Of a stretch of DNA of 64,000 nucleotides, positions 29,501-39,300 are shown piece by piece (the first letter of the stretch is position 1; each line of letters begins with the position of its first letter). Origin of the DNA: Tubiluchus corallicola (lineage: Eukaryota; Animalia; Priapulida); NCBI GenBank assembly GCA_030141605.1, contig JAQGDQ010002373.1:219921-283920 (forward strand), written 5' to 3'. The position numbers and the translations under genes were made by a program. The notes below the pieces were generated by a model. It searched no databases. It was not told the DNA's origin and saw only the letters and a program-made list of their open reading frames with translations.

Positions 29501-31462
29501 CAAGGACCATTTTTGTTGTGTAAAACCAACAGTGTTTCAGCAGTGTTGAAACATATGATAATTATTGCCTACAGTGCCAGAAATAAAAACAAGTTTGTAA
29601 CTTAAAACCTAATGTAAGACCTAAAAAGAATCATAAACAAACGTAGGCAAAAATAGATGCATTTCTCTGAACACATTTTAAATGTCTTGATTACACAGTC
29701 CTCATATATTAGATCAAAAAAGCTGAAAAAATGATTTTTAACAAAAGCACGAGGAGACAAAACTTATTGTTATTAAGAATGACATAGAAATACATTTATT
29801 TTTCAAAGACACAATAAAATTTATACTAACACACCACAAGTGCTTTAGAAACGTGCTTGCAGCTCCCGTGATATAGGCCTATACCACAAGCAAAATGCAA
29901 AACTAATCAGAACTTAATTAACACACTAATTACATTGTGGTAGTTGCTGTTATGTTTGTACTTGTGTGTTCTTCAACAAGTGGTTATATTTTTCATTTTC
30001 CAGCGACATTTTCTGAGGTAATAAAGTAAGTCTGTTACTATTACATCTCAAACATGCAAGTGAAAACTTTCAATACTGGTGTGTTTACCAAATCAAGAAC
30101 ATAACGGGTTATAGCATCTGTGGTTTAGGATTATCACGATGTATCTAGTTACCAGTAAGTGACACAAGTACTGTTACGTTTATTGATTATCTGTAATTAG
30201 AGAATAAGCAAGAGCATAATATATCGAATGTACCATGAAGTACAATGAACTCTTAAACTGTGACTACTACACTCTCTTTTTTACAATATCGTTGACGTTT
30301 TTTAGTTTTTCTATGTGAGTGTGTACGTTATTATAATCAAAGAGACTTGTTGTTATGCAACATTGTCTAGCATACTGGCTTATCTAATTTCAAGTTAGTA
30401 GATATATTGTCGTGTGAAGATGCTGACCAAAAATATTTTGATTTTGGTGCGATAATTAAAGACCTTTGTTCTTTTAAGGATAACACTGAACATTTAAACA
30501 AACAGGCACCATTACAGTGCCCAAGTTTGGTTAATGTTAGAGTCACATCGCTGTTAACTCCTTTTCAGTTTTTGTGAGAAAATTTTCCAATGTGACAAAC
30601 AACTCTTCTCGTGTTGTTTGAAGCATATGCGTGAACATTTTGTGGATCAGACTTTGATGCAAGATGTGAATGTGGATCAACAGTTTATTTGTTGATCGCA
30701 TATTGATTGCATTATTTGTTGATCGCATAATTTAAAATACCTTTCTGTGTCAGGTAATGACCTAGCAGCCAGACCACTATACCCTCCAGGTGGAGCCTGT
30801 CCCCTGGGTGCTCCCGGTCCCACAGGAGCTCCAGGAATTCCTAGACCTGAAAACTCTGGTTGCACAACTGGCATGTCTTCTTGAAAACGACGTTGACCTG
30901 TATAATGTGATAATTCTTGCAAATTCCGTAGAAGTTCCCTAAAGAATTAAAAACTATAATGTAATTTATTATTTCTAGTTAATATAAATAAGTCATACTG
31001 GTAATGCCAATAATACCCAGCAAAGACAGCATGTTTTGCCTAACACTTGAATGAACATTTGTTAAATATTGTAAATGAGTGCCCATATGCAGTAATTAAA
31101 ACTATTTAACGGATTTTTCAACTAAACTGCATCGAATCTGTTCTCCACACAGACCCGTCAAATTACATCACTCTTCACACATTAATAATATACAGACATA
31201 AGTCTTTGTCCATCATTGTCAGCATAGACATGCACAAAGCTCCACTCAGTTAATGCAAAGATGAAGACGCGTGATGTTACATCAAAAAATGCCTGAGTAC
31301 ATTAAATTCATGAACAAAACGTGATCTTCAAAGTTCTCTTCTCCGAAGACGGTATAGACCAGTACAGTATTTTGCAAAAGCAATTTTTCTTTTTATAAAC
31401 TATAAACCAAAGATTAATACTTACGACCGTCTCTCCCCTGTCAGTTTCGCAAAAATTGACAT
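5600..31462 (-). CDS. DNTTIP1: DNTTIP1 (TdT-interacting protein 1, MiDAC HDAC complex subunit), 13 coding exons, about 518 aa
   Basis: Exons 31425-31462, 30741-30938, 29088-29205, 28102-28208, 26757-26862, 25370-25471, 24422-24526, 20188-20268, 14091-14230, 13385-13445, 12526-12650, 6647-6800, 5600-5821; all GT-AG, phases consistent, 1557 nt open. Contains SLDLLRQNLQKKINKDI..VCRQILEEAK (dimerisation domain) and REGPKWDPERL..ANKALGLGATRGRLYIKHPDLFKY..ATGGRAYLLIEEDI (C-terminal domain). The first exons are less certain than the conserved core. Confidence 0.92.
7590..8400 (+). pseudogene. Decayed paralogue of LRR gene 1; clear LRRCT exon relic at 8252-8400
   Basis: TTTTTCAG acceptor, then 149 nt colinear with exon 11376-11524 (NPLKP*FNLTWLINTS*GKTTRYG..NLDNLNTDAIFNI*), with 3 internal stops and all cysteines lost. 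Weaker upstream traces: GYEYMQVKLK (~7605), TDKAFEPV (~7730), KLKILLLYN (~7870; gene 1 has KLKIISLVYN). Confidence 0.7.
9635..9811 (+). promoter_or_regulatory. Probable proximal promoter of LRR gene 1
   Basis: TATAAAA at 9805-9811, 40 nt before the ATG; TGACGT cores at 9635 and 9659, TGTAAACA at 9669, TTACGCAA at 9689, GATAAA at 9641 and 9701. Motif inspection only. Confidence 0.4.
9845..11874 (+). CDS. Extracellular LRR protein 1, anchored isoform (about 438 aa): signal peptide, Cys-rich N-cap, ~10 LRRs, LRRCT-B, Thr/Pro/Glu stalk, GPI-like tail
   Basis: Exon 1 9845-10841 (MKLVKLSVCVILSAW.., repeats such as LQYLYLRRNRLSEI, LITLDLSQNAI), GTAAGT donor in phase 1; exon 11555-11874 encodes NPLNCSCELAWL..C..C, then PPTGNPTTEEEETTEYTKDTTESPPQTTTDSG and MILLSLSIYVSLM. 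Nested antisense in a DNTTIP1 intron. Confidence 0.88.
11376..11524 (+). CDS. Alternative LRRCT-A terminal coding segment of LRR protein 1 (soluble isoform, about 381 aa)
   Basis: TTTTTCAG acceptor in the same phase; open frame NNPLNCLCELAWLINTSWGGGTRLGKCAAPPHLSGQSLDDLTTEDLCNL* with all 4 LRRCT cysteines. Confidence 0.75.
11995..12277. repeat. Near-perfect tandem duplication, 141-bp period, downstream of LRR gene 1
   Basis: The unit AAATGAATAGAAATAAA..GCAGCTATGATC starts at 11995 and again at 12136; each copy contains AATAAA. Confidence 0.9.
14507..14558. repeat. Interrupted (CA)n microsatellite
   Basis: Direct reading; other short (TA)n/(TG)n tracts at ~1445, ~1706 and ~22790. Confidence 0.8.
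15388..17644 (+). CDS. Extracellular LRR protein 2 (about 290 aa): signal peptide, Cys cap, ~5 LRRs, LRRCT, GPI-like tail
   Basis: Exon 15388-15994 (GTGAGT donor, phase 1) plus exon 17379-17644: GNPFECDCRLRWL..CDSPKKLR..C..AGSSGSISTLHSIIAVISVILPACLIK*. Same intron position and phase as LRR gene 1. Nested antisense in a DNTTIP1 intron. Confidence 0.88.
16839..17258. mobile_element. PIF/Harbinger-like MITE in the LRR gene 2 intron
   Basis: About 30-bp TIR GGGGCCATCCAAATATAACGATATCAAGTTT...AAACTTGATATCGTTATGTATGGATGGCCCC. Confidence 0.75.
20327..22384. mobile_element. pogo-like MITE split by a LINE relic
   Basis: TA flanks; degenerate TIR CAGTAAGCCCTTGCTTAACGATG...CATCATTAAGCGAGGATTCACTG. Confidence 0.55.
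20485..21750 (+). mobile_element. Degenerate non-LTR retrotransposon (CR1/L2-like) RT 3' fragment
   Basis: Broken frames read IADGIQSDMRLLTDDT (FADD-like), WARRWLVTFNADKTE, HKHLGLIL, LYKSYIRPLLEY, FFPSGTEKWNKL, EDVLHYLLICP. Confidence 0.85.
22951..23913 (-). CDS. Intronless divergent class A (rhodopsin-like) GPCR, 320 aa
   Basis: Seven hydrophobic segments, N-terminal N-glycosylation sites (NLTS, NVT), TIDRYIAIIYPLHY at TM3, Cys in TM3 and ECL2, TM7 NIILY followed by a helix-8-like segment. Confidence 0.9.
   Translation of the reverse strand: MNLTSLNVTDIDADKLSSILTVVYFTVFMLLMTILIGLDVCVVALIMVKNFLRTAANLFLANFAISSALLSLYNIHMLIVRHYVTDFSALHCAVNGIVVCGLLTECLIMEVLMTIDRYIAIIYPLHYHHLSTNLNSTITIFVSWIYSFCIGIASSSWFTFLNNTEVKDVTKCVIARQVHPEFCLYFAAQYAIASSVIFFIYASVFKVVLQHKIQLANAVPDSHQNYLNLIERIKAAISVFATVGTSLLCFAAFFAHLGITCATELELKSLKQSADILINISALTNIILYFWKIKQLREFFLKLCGKRHNSIVATSSQNPC
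24940..25190 (+). mobile_element. Penelope-like terminal-repeat fragment with mutated hammerhead-like core (25086-25125)
   Basis: Homologous to 60990-61197; GCCA-CTAATGA-TGACA..TGTC-GAAACGTT-GGC followed by AATAAA. Confidence 0.5.
27179..27285. mobile_element. About 100-bp hairpin MITE; second copy at 40197-40293
   Basis: GCCGGTTTCACAAAGCCGTCACTAAGTTAAC...GTTAACTTAGTGATGGCTTCAGGAAGCTGAGC; related inverted copy in a RanGAP1 intron. Confidence 0.6.
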
Positions 31463-33353
31463 TTGCTAGAAAAAAGCATTCACGAACATCATTTCCCCTT
31501 GTTTTTCATTTCCACGTCGTTTGTATAAGAAAGGCTCAGAAAGCTCGAAAGGTCAGTACGGCCACCTACTAGGAGGTAACATGTACAAAAATTAGTCTTA
31601 ATACAATCGTTAGGTGGCAGCAGGCTACGCACAACATTAGCACGTGACCGCGAAAAGCAAAGCGGAGTTCTGAAAATTAATTTACACTTTTTTGCTCTTT
31701 TCACTGACTTTATGTGGTAATTTCTAATTACATATTGTAGACACACCCGACTATTCATAAAACGTGGTTTATTGTTTTTATATAATGTGATTGCTGTAAT
31801 TTATTTTTGATACGAGTGGGTTGAACAAGTTTTGTTAGTTGTCACTGTACTGGAGACCTCCATTTTTTCACTTCAGTTCAAAAAGGGTATTCATCTCCAA
31901 TACAAAGTTCATAAAGTAGTTACAGTAGATAGCGTACAGTAAAGTATATAGAGATATCTACAATTATAGCTTGACGTTCTGCTGCTGCCACTTTTTCGTA
32001 TACGACGCAGTACGTAATGACAAATTGCAGCATGTACAGGCGCACGGAAAAAATATTACCTCAAGGCTCAAGTAATAATTGTAGAGTCATTAACAAGAAA
32101 CACTAGAACTGCACGGATTTAGCTAAAATAAACTATTTTATTGAAAACAGTAAAAAAGTTTCACAGCAACAAACTCATCAGCTTAATGAGGTAACATTAT
32201 AGCTGACTACAACAGGGAAGCACGGTAAATGGTAATGCCTACATCACAAGGAAGATGTAACCAATGTGACAGAGGGGAGTGTTCGCACAGTTGAAGCCAT
32301 AGTGCTCTCAGATAATTGTATTGTAACTTTGAGTATTAGGATGTGGAGCGTTTTGTTGTTTTTTTAGTACTAATGAGAGGAAAACATTTAAACTTTTTTC
32401 TCATTAAAATTTTGAGAATAAACATTTTAAGTAAAAAAAAAACACTACCAGAAGAACTGCCCCGCAGACTGTGTCCATTTGTCTATGAAAACTTCAGCCA
32501 GGTCACGTTTACATGTATAAAATGGAGCATTTAGTTTAGTCCCTCTAAACATTTTCTGATTTTTGTAAACAATAAACAGTTTCACTTTAGCTTACTTCTG
32601 AAATGATGTCACATGCTACCAATAATGTGGTGACTGTATTAAGTATACTTGCTGCTGCCCGCCTACTCTTGTTTCTTCAACTTGCTTCTAAATCAAACTG
32701 ATAAGCTAAGCCATGTGCAGCTACTCCAAGGTTCTCGCACTTATAATTTCCAACCTGGACAGTGCAATGTGAAGAAAATTCTTGTATAAATTGATTCATG
32801 AGTTTCACATTATGTGCCAAAACCGCAGTTTAATAAGGAGTGACTACGGATGGATCAATGTTAGATTTAACATATCAGAAAAACAAAACAAACTCAAAGC
32901 GTGTTCCAAGTATTTCACCGTATGTGTAGTAACGTTTCTCATGGGTTGCTGTAACCGATACTAATCAATCGAGTCACGGTGATGATAAATAATCATAAAT
33001 GCTAGAGTCACTATGTGCTGTGCTTTTCAAGCTAAATGATACAGATGAAAGTACATGTAATGACGATTTCGACGATTTTAACTAATTTGATGAGTAGTTA
33101 CTGTGAGTAGAATTTGGTGAATTCGTTCCTATGACTCAAACAGTTACTTACATCTCCCCTTCCCTAAATGCATAAATTTAACTCTTTTTGTTGTGTAAAA
33201 GGAATCATTTCTTTTGGCAAGTATCGTGTAAACGTTTAACAAACTTTAGGAATTAATAAACGCGACAGCCGTATTTGCGAGCAAATCGGTAGCTTCCTTA
33301 AAATTTATTTAAATTAAACAGTAGCAATATTAAGTTTTGCTTTCACATTTTAG
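31463..33353. promoter_or_regulatory. Divergent (head-to-head) DNTTIP1/RanGAP1 promoter and 5'UTR region
   Basis: The two ATGs face apart 1.9 kb from each other. An acceptor (TTTTAG, 33353) just before the RanGAP1 ATG implies a non-coding first exon within this interval. Confidence 0.5.
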
Positions 33354-33370
33354 GAAACTTGTAAGCAGTT

Positions 33371-36300
33371 ATGTCAGCTGAATCAGAAGTGAAGGACCTT
33401 GAAGAACAGTTGGCTCACGCTACAGTATCAGTGGACATTGATACAGAAATTGTTAGTTTTTCCGGTCGAGGACTTAAACTAGACACAGCCGAAGATGGTG
33501 AGTAAGAGTGATGTCTTGTTCTGGCCTGTAACATTCAGTTATTAATTTACCAGACTTATTTTTGTGAGTTCATTTTGAATCATAGTTGATGTTTCTAGCT
33601 CAAGAAGTTGTTAAGGCAATTCGAGAATGCCATTCATTGAAGGCACTAAAACTGGAGGGCAACACAGTTGGCGTAGATGCAGCAAAAGCAATTGCGGGTG
33701 CACTGAGATCACATTCTACATTCCAGAGGGCGCTGTGGAGCGATATGTTTACAGGCCGACTTCGATCAGAAATACCACCATCACTGGTAATCTTTAATAT
33801 TTAAACTCATTGTTGTCATCATCATCATCGTTATTATTTTTACAGCTATTAGCATTAACCTATTTTAGTTTAGTTTAGTTTGTGCCATATTTGTTAGTAT
33901 ATAAAAAGCATAAAATAATAAAAAAACACTATACAACACAACTACTAACACACTACATAATCAGCACTTATTATAAAGATGTGTAAGTCGTCGTTGTCGT
34001 CGTCATCATCGTCATCGTCATCGTTTTTTACAGCTATTAGTTTAGTTTAGTTTAGTTTGTGCCATATTTGTTAGTATATAAAAAGCATAAAATAATAAAA
34101 AACACAATACAACACAACTACAAACACACTACATAATTAGCACTTATTATAAAGATGTGTAAGTCTGTAAGAGGACACACAGAGCAAAGCTACTTACATG
34201 TGTTGTACAGCCACACATGTAGATACAGCTCGTAGCCACATTTTGTATATAGGTAATTAGCAACAAATTTTAGAACCTTGATTATTTTTGTACCAATCTT
34301 TAATAATGTGCATATTTGAGAAGCCAGTACGTCGAATCCCGTTAATACGATTTTCACGGAACCAAAATATTTTCTCATATTAAGCGGGTTTCGTGCTATC
34401 TGTTACACGTGTTTTTACTTCTAATACAAAATAGCAGTTAACGGACATGACATCTGTTCATCGGTCTTTTGTCAGGCAGCATAATTTAAGCTTCTTTACC
34501 CCCCCATGTTTTGCATGAGTACAAACTGCAAAATTGTATCAACGATTCAGTGTGTTACCAATCAGTTACTCTGGTTAGTCTTCGGTATGTTAATACCATG
34601 AATGTATAGTCTATAATATACTGGACATCACAATGTTAATGCCACCTACACAACAAAACTTTACTATAGCCGCTGCTATGGTATTACAATTGGACACATG
34701 CAAACGAAGGGAAGGGAAGGCAGACAGTTAGAAGAACTAGTTTTAAACTATAAGGGCAAATTTTTATCACAGTGGGAAGGCATTTTGGAAACCAACAGTT
34801 TGACTGCAGGTAGTTGTCTGTACACTCATTTCAGTGATTAATAATTTTTAAATTGTAAAAAATTTTAACCCGAAAAAATCCTTCAAAGGAAAAATGTGTT
34901 GTAATTAACTCACTCACATTTTATTACTGTCTTATAGAAATCAGTAACTTTACAGTTTTGCAAGTAAATTTGTAATGAAGTCATTTAAATTTGCACTCTC
35001 TCTGGCAAAATGTTGCATTATGATGCATAATGGTTGTAAAAAACTTGTGGCGGTGGTTACCGTTCCAACAGCTGAAGAGTGTCTAGAGTCTAGACGGGCA
35101 AGACGTAGCAGAAATCATATTAAAATATTTATTTGTATTAAAATTATATTGGCGGGAATTTGGGAAAGTGTTGTATAAATGGTGTTTTTGCAATAACGAG
35201 TTTCGTATTAACCATAAGTGATTTCATAGGTTTTATTATAAGCTTGGCAGGGACATAATAAATTTGTAGTACTCCCCAGAGTTTCGTTTTAAGCAGAATC
35301 ATATTACTGGGATTCGACCGTAACTAGCAATTTAACTAGTGATTGGCATTTCACTTGTAATTTTGTCCATACAAACAACATACAGTTTGAAAGACATTGA
35401 GTTGTATTATTTTTTCTGTGTCTATTGTATTATCTTATCATTGCTGTTTTATATTGTATGTAGAGGGATCTAGGTAGTGCTATCATAGCCTCTGGAGCCC
35501 ATCTGGTTGAATTAGATCTTAGTGACAATGCGTTTGGTGCCGACGGCGTCAATGCTATTGTAGAACTACTAAAAAGCGAGAGTGGATATTCTTTAGAGAT
35601 CTTACGGTTTAATAACAATGGATTAGGCATTAGTGGAGGAAAGGTATGTGAATGGTACTAGACCACGATGCATTTATAAGTACACACATTCAAATTGCAT
35701 TTTAACATTACCTATTAAAATTAAGACACAAAACGGATCTTGTGACAGTCTCTGTTGCCATTTGCAATGTGTAAAATTAGCACAAAAACAGATATTTCGA
35801 TATCCCTTCTGCTGCCATTTTCGTTGTGCAATATGACAGATCTTTGACCAACATGTAGTGGCAATGGAAACTGCCAAAGACCTGTTTTTATGTCTTAATT
35901 TTAATAGGTAGATGATATTAAAGGTTAAAATTCCTAATGAATGAGTCTATTTAAACTGTTGTGCAATTTTCTAACTTTTAACAATTGTTGTAAATTCAAG
36001 CCGTCTGGTCACTATTGTATATGAATATACATTATGTATGTGATGCATTTTATTTAGTAATAGTTTGCATAAAATACATCGACTTTCTTTATGGAATCAT
36101 TTTCGTTGTTTTTAGGTCTTATCAAAGGCATTATTAGAATGCCATGAAAAAAGCACAGAAGCTGGACGTCCTCTAGCACTGAAGGTTTTTATCGCTGGGC
36201 GCAATCGATTAGAGAATGAAGGATCAATGGCTCTAGCAGAAGCTTTTAAGGTTAGATAGTCACCTCAGATTGTATATTGATTTATGTATCTCTTCTATAG

Positions 36301-39300
36301 TACTCTAGATTGTATATCCTCTATAACACTTTGTGACGTTGCTTTCTTTGTTTGAAAGATAGTTAGGGTGACTATAGTTATAGGCTGTAATTAACTTCAT
36401 TATTATTTGTGTAAGTGAACTTGTGATTCTAATCATGAATTTCTTTTGGTTGACTGCAGAATAATGATTTCTATATATTAACATGTATTTTTTATGGTAC
36501 AATAAAGGCTATTGGGACATTGGAAGAAATCTCTATGCCACAGAATGGTATCTACCACGTTGGTATTGCTGCACTCTGCGATGCATTTTCCTGCAATAAA
36601 AAATTACGAATTCTCAATATGAACGACAACACATTTACGGAGAAAGGTGCCAAAGAACTGGCTAAGGTGATGTGATAATAGAATTTTTTAGAATGATATC
36701 ATAAATGGCTACTCAATTATGTGTTCCACTGTTTAGGCTGTAATGGTTTACCTTAATTTTCATTGTCATGTCTAATTGTTCAAGTGTTCTCAGCACATAT
36801 TATCTGCTGCCTTGATGATTTATTTGTTCATTTATGATTATTTATATATTATTTACTTATTTATTTACGTTAGGCTTTGTCTTACATGCAAGCGCTGGAA
36901 GTGCTAAACTTGGGTGATTGTTTACTGAGAGGTGGCGGTTCATCGGTGCTTGCAGAGGCGCTAACCGAAGGCCATTTAAATCTACGAGAAATAAATTTGG
37001 CTTATAATGAAATTGACCAGACCGGTGGTGTAGCCATTGCTGAAGCCATGGTGAATAAAGATAAGATTGAGAGGTTAGATCTGAATGGTGAGTTGAGTTG
37101 AGCTGTTTGCTATAATGCACTTTCTTGTTACTTTTTTGCTGGCAGCTTTTTGCCCAGAGAAGCAAAAGGACAGGACTGTGGAGTTGGTATGTTGAAATCC
37201 CAACTCTGACTCTTAAAATTTTGGAAGGTCCAACTCCGACGCCTACCTTTAAGTAATAGTTTGCAGTACTTTCAATATTTAGCTACAGTGGCATTTTATC
37301 ACTACCAAGTGAATCTTCGGGCTAGGCTTCTTCTTATGCTTAAGTTCTCCGAATTTGAGTCTTAATGGTCATAGCTTTGACTCCACAGCCCTGCAATATT
37401 AGGGCCAGATAATGTTTCTTAGGGCCAGATAATGTATGGCAGTCATTAGAGAATTATTTTGTAAACACATTATAGAAGTGGATTTTTCTTACTTCCTAGG
37501 CAGAGTTCTGTTAAAACAGCTGCAGTAAAAAACATTGTGCTGACAAGTTTGGAATCGCTTTGATTTTGTTTAACATTATATAAAACTATGACTGATTGGT
37601 TATTGTAGTTGTTTCTTTTTTGGTCTTTCCTGATTTGATTTTACATTTTGTTAACAATTTCATCTTTTCGTAATACAACTTTGAAGAAACGTGCAAATTC
37701 CTGCAGACATCGATATTTTTGCCTTTGTAACATATCTGCATTAGGAAAATGTAGCTTCATAATTCAAATAAAATTTTAAAAGTTTGTTACCAGCTTTTTC
37801 TAACATTTTCTTTTAACTTTTTCTGAAATAATGCAGTTCATGTAACCTTTTTCAGGAAACTGTTTTGGCGACGAAGGAATAGATTTGTTAACTGCCATCA
37901 TGGAGGCTGTAGAAAGGCTTGACGTATTAGCCAGTTTATCGTAAGTGCAGACAAAATGCACAGCTTAGTTATGTATTATTACTAATGTGTAGAATGTTGC
38001 CTGGCTGTTATTGTTACAAGCTTCTCACAAAATAATCTATACCCTTCCTTCTATAAGACAGGCTCAGTGCAAATTATAATACAAGACACAATGAATATTA
38101 TTTATCTTTCTGCAGAACAACGTTGCATCAATCTCACAAGATAATAACTACTATTGACAAATTTAAAGCGCAACTAAAGAAAGAATTATGTAATTCTTAT
38201 TCTGATTAACTTCTACCTGTTAAGTTCATTTTCACTTTTTCTGCAGCAGTCACATATAATGCAGACTTACAAGTAGACTTACAAGTCTCAGCATCTGACT
38301 ACTCTGCAACACAAGATGTTATTATATATATGTAACATTATATTTTACATTATATATACATTATTTTCTAATTATATGTATACATTAGAAAATAATGTAT
38401 ATATAATGTAAAATATAATGTAATATATTTTCTAATGTAATTTGCTTGGGATGGTAGAATAAACTACTATAAACTATATGAAATTTAGAGTTCTGGGTGT
38501 TCAAAGGATTTTCCATTCACAGTTCCATTTCAGTGTTAAAAGTATTTGCATTTGTTAATTATTTCCTTAATTAATTATTATTAATGTATTTTTTTACTTT
38601 ACTCCATTTTTTTTGCATATTACTTTACACCAGCGATGACGAAGGTGCACCAGATACAGAAGACGAGGAACAGGAAGATAATTATAGTGACGAAAATGTT
38701 TCTGATCACGATGAGGAAGAAATTGAGGAAATTCCTGTTAGATCCTATGCATCTCCATTAAAAAGAGAGCAAAGTGGAGAGGTAAGGCCTATTTAATTTA
38801 TTTGTTTGTTTTACTAATGCTGGCATTAAATTGACTCTCCATGACTGCCTTCAGGTTTTGTTTTTTCTTCGTAATGCATGCACAAAGTTGTCCTAGTGGA
38901 CCTGATGAGAGAAATTATTGATTTTATTAACCCTTACCCGTTAGCTCCTTTATTAGCAGTTTCTGCCCTTTTTTGGCTTATATATATAAGTACTGTCTTC
39001 CAGATTTCATTTAAAGCATTAAAAAGCATGTATATAATTATAGTGTCCAGGCTTATGCTATATTTTCATCTTTTCCAGGTAATAAGCCACGAAGACCCAC
39101 TTACGGCTTCACTGGAAAAGTTGAAAATATGATGAAGCTTGAACTGACTGAATTTAATTTAAAGCGTAATCATTCTGTCCAAATATAAACACTGGTTGAC
39201 TGATTTTATGTATTTATTTGTGTGATCAAAGTAACTAAAGTAATTCTGAATCTTAGGACATTTATGTAACATATGGTATTGCTCAACAGATTACTGTACA

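Noticed and set aside
30543-30728. 61-aa ORF just after DNTTIP1 exon 2
   Set aside because: Begins in a short local direct repeat, has no convincing acceptor, and is not needed for the DNTTIP1 frame.
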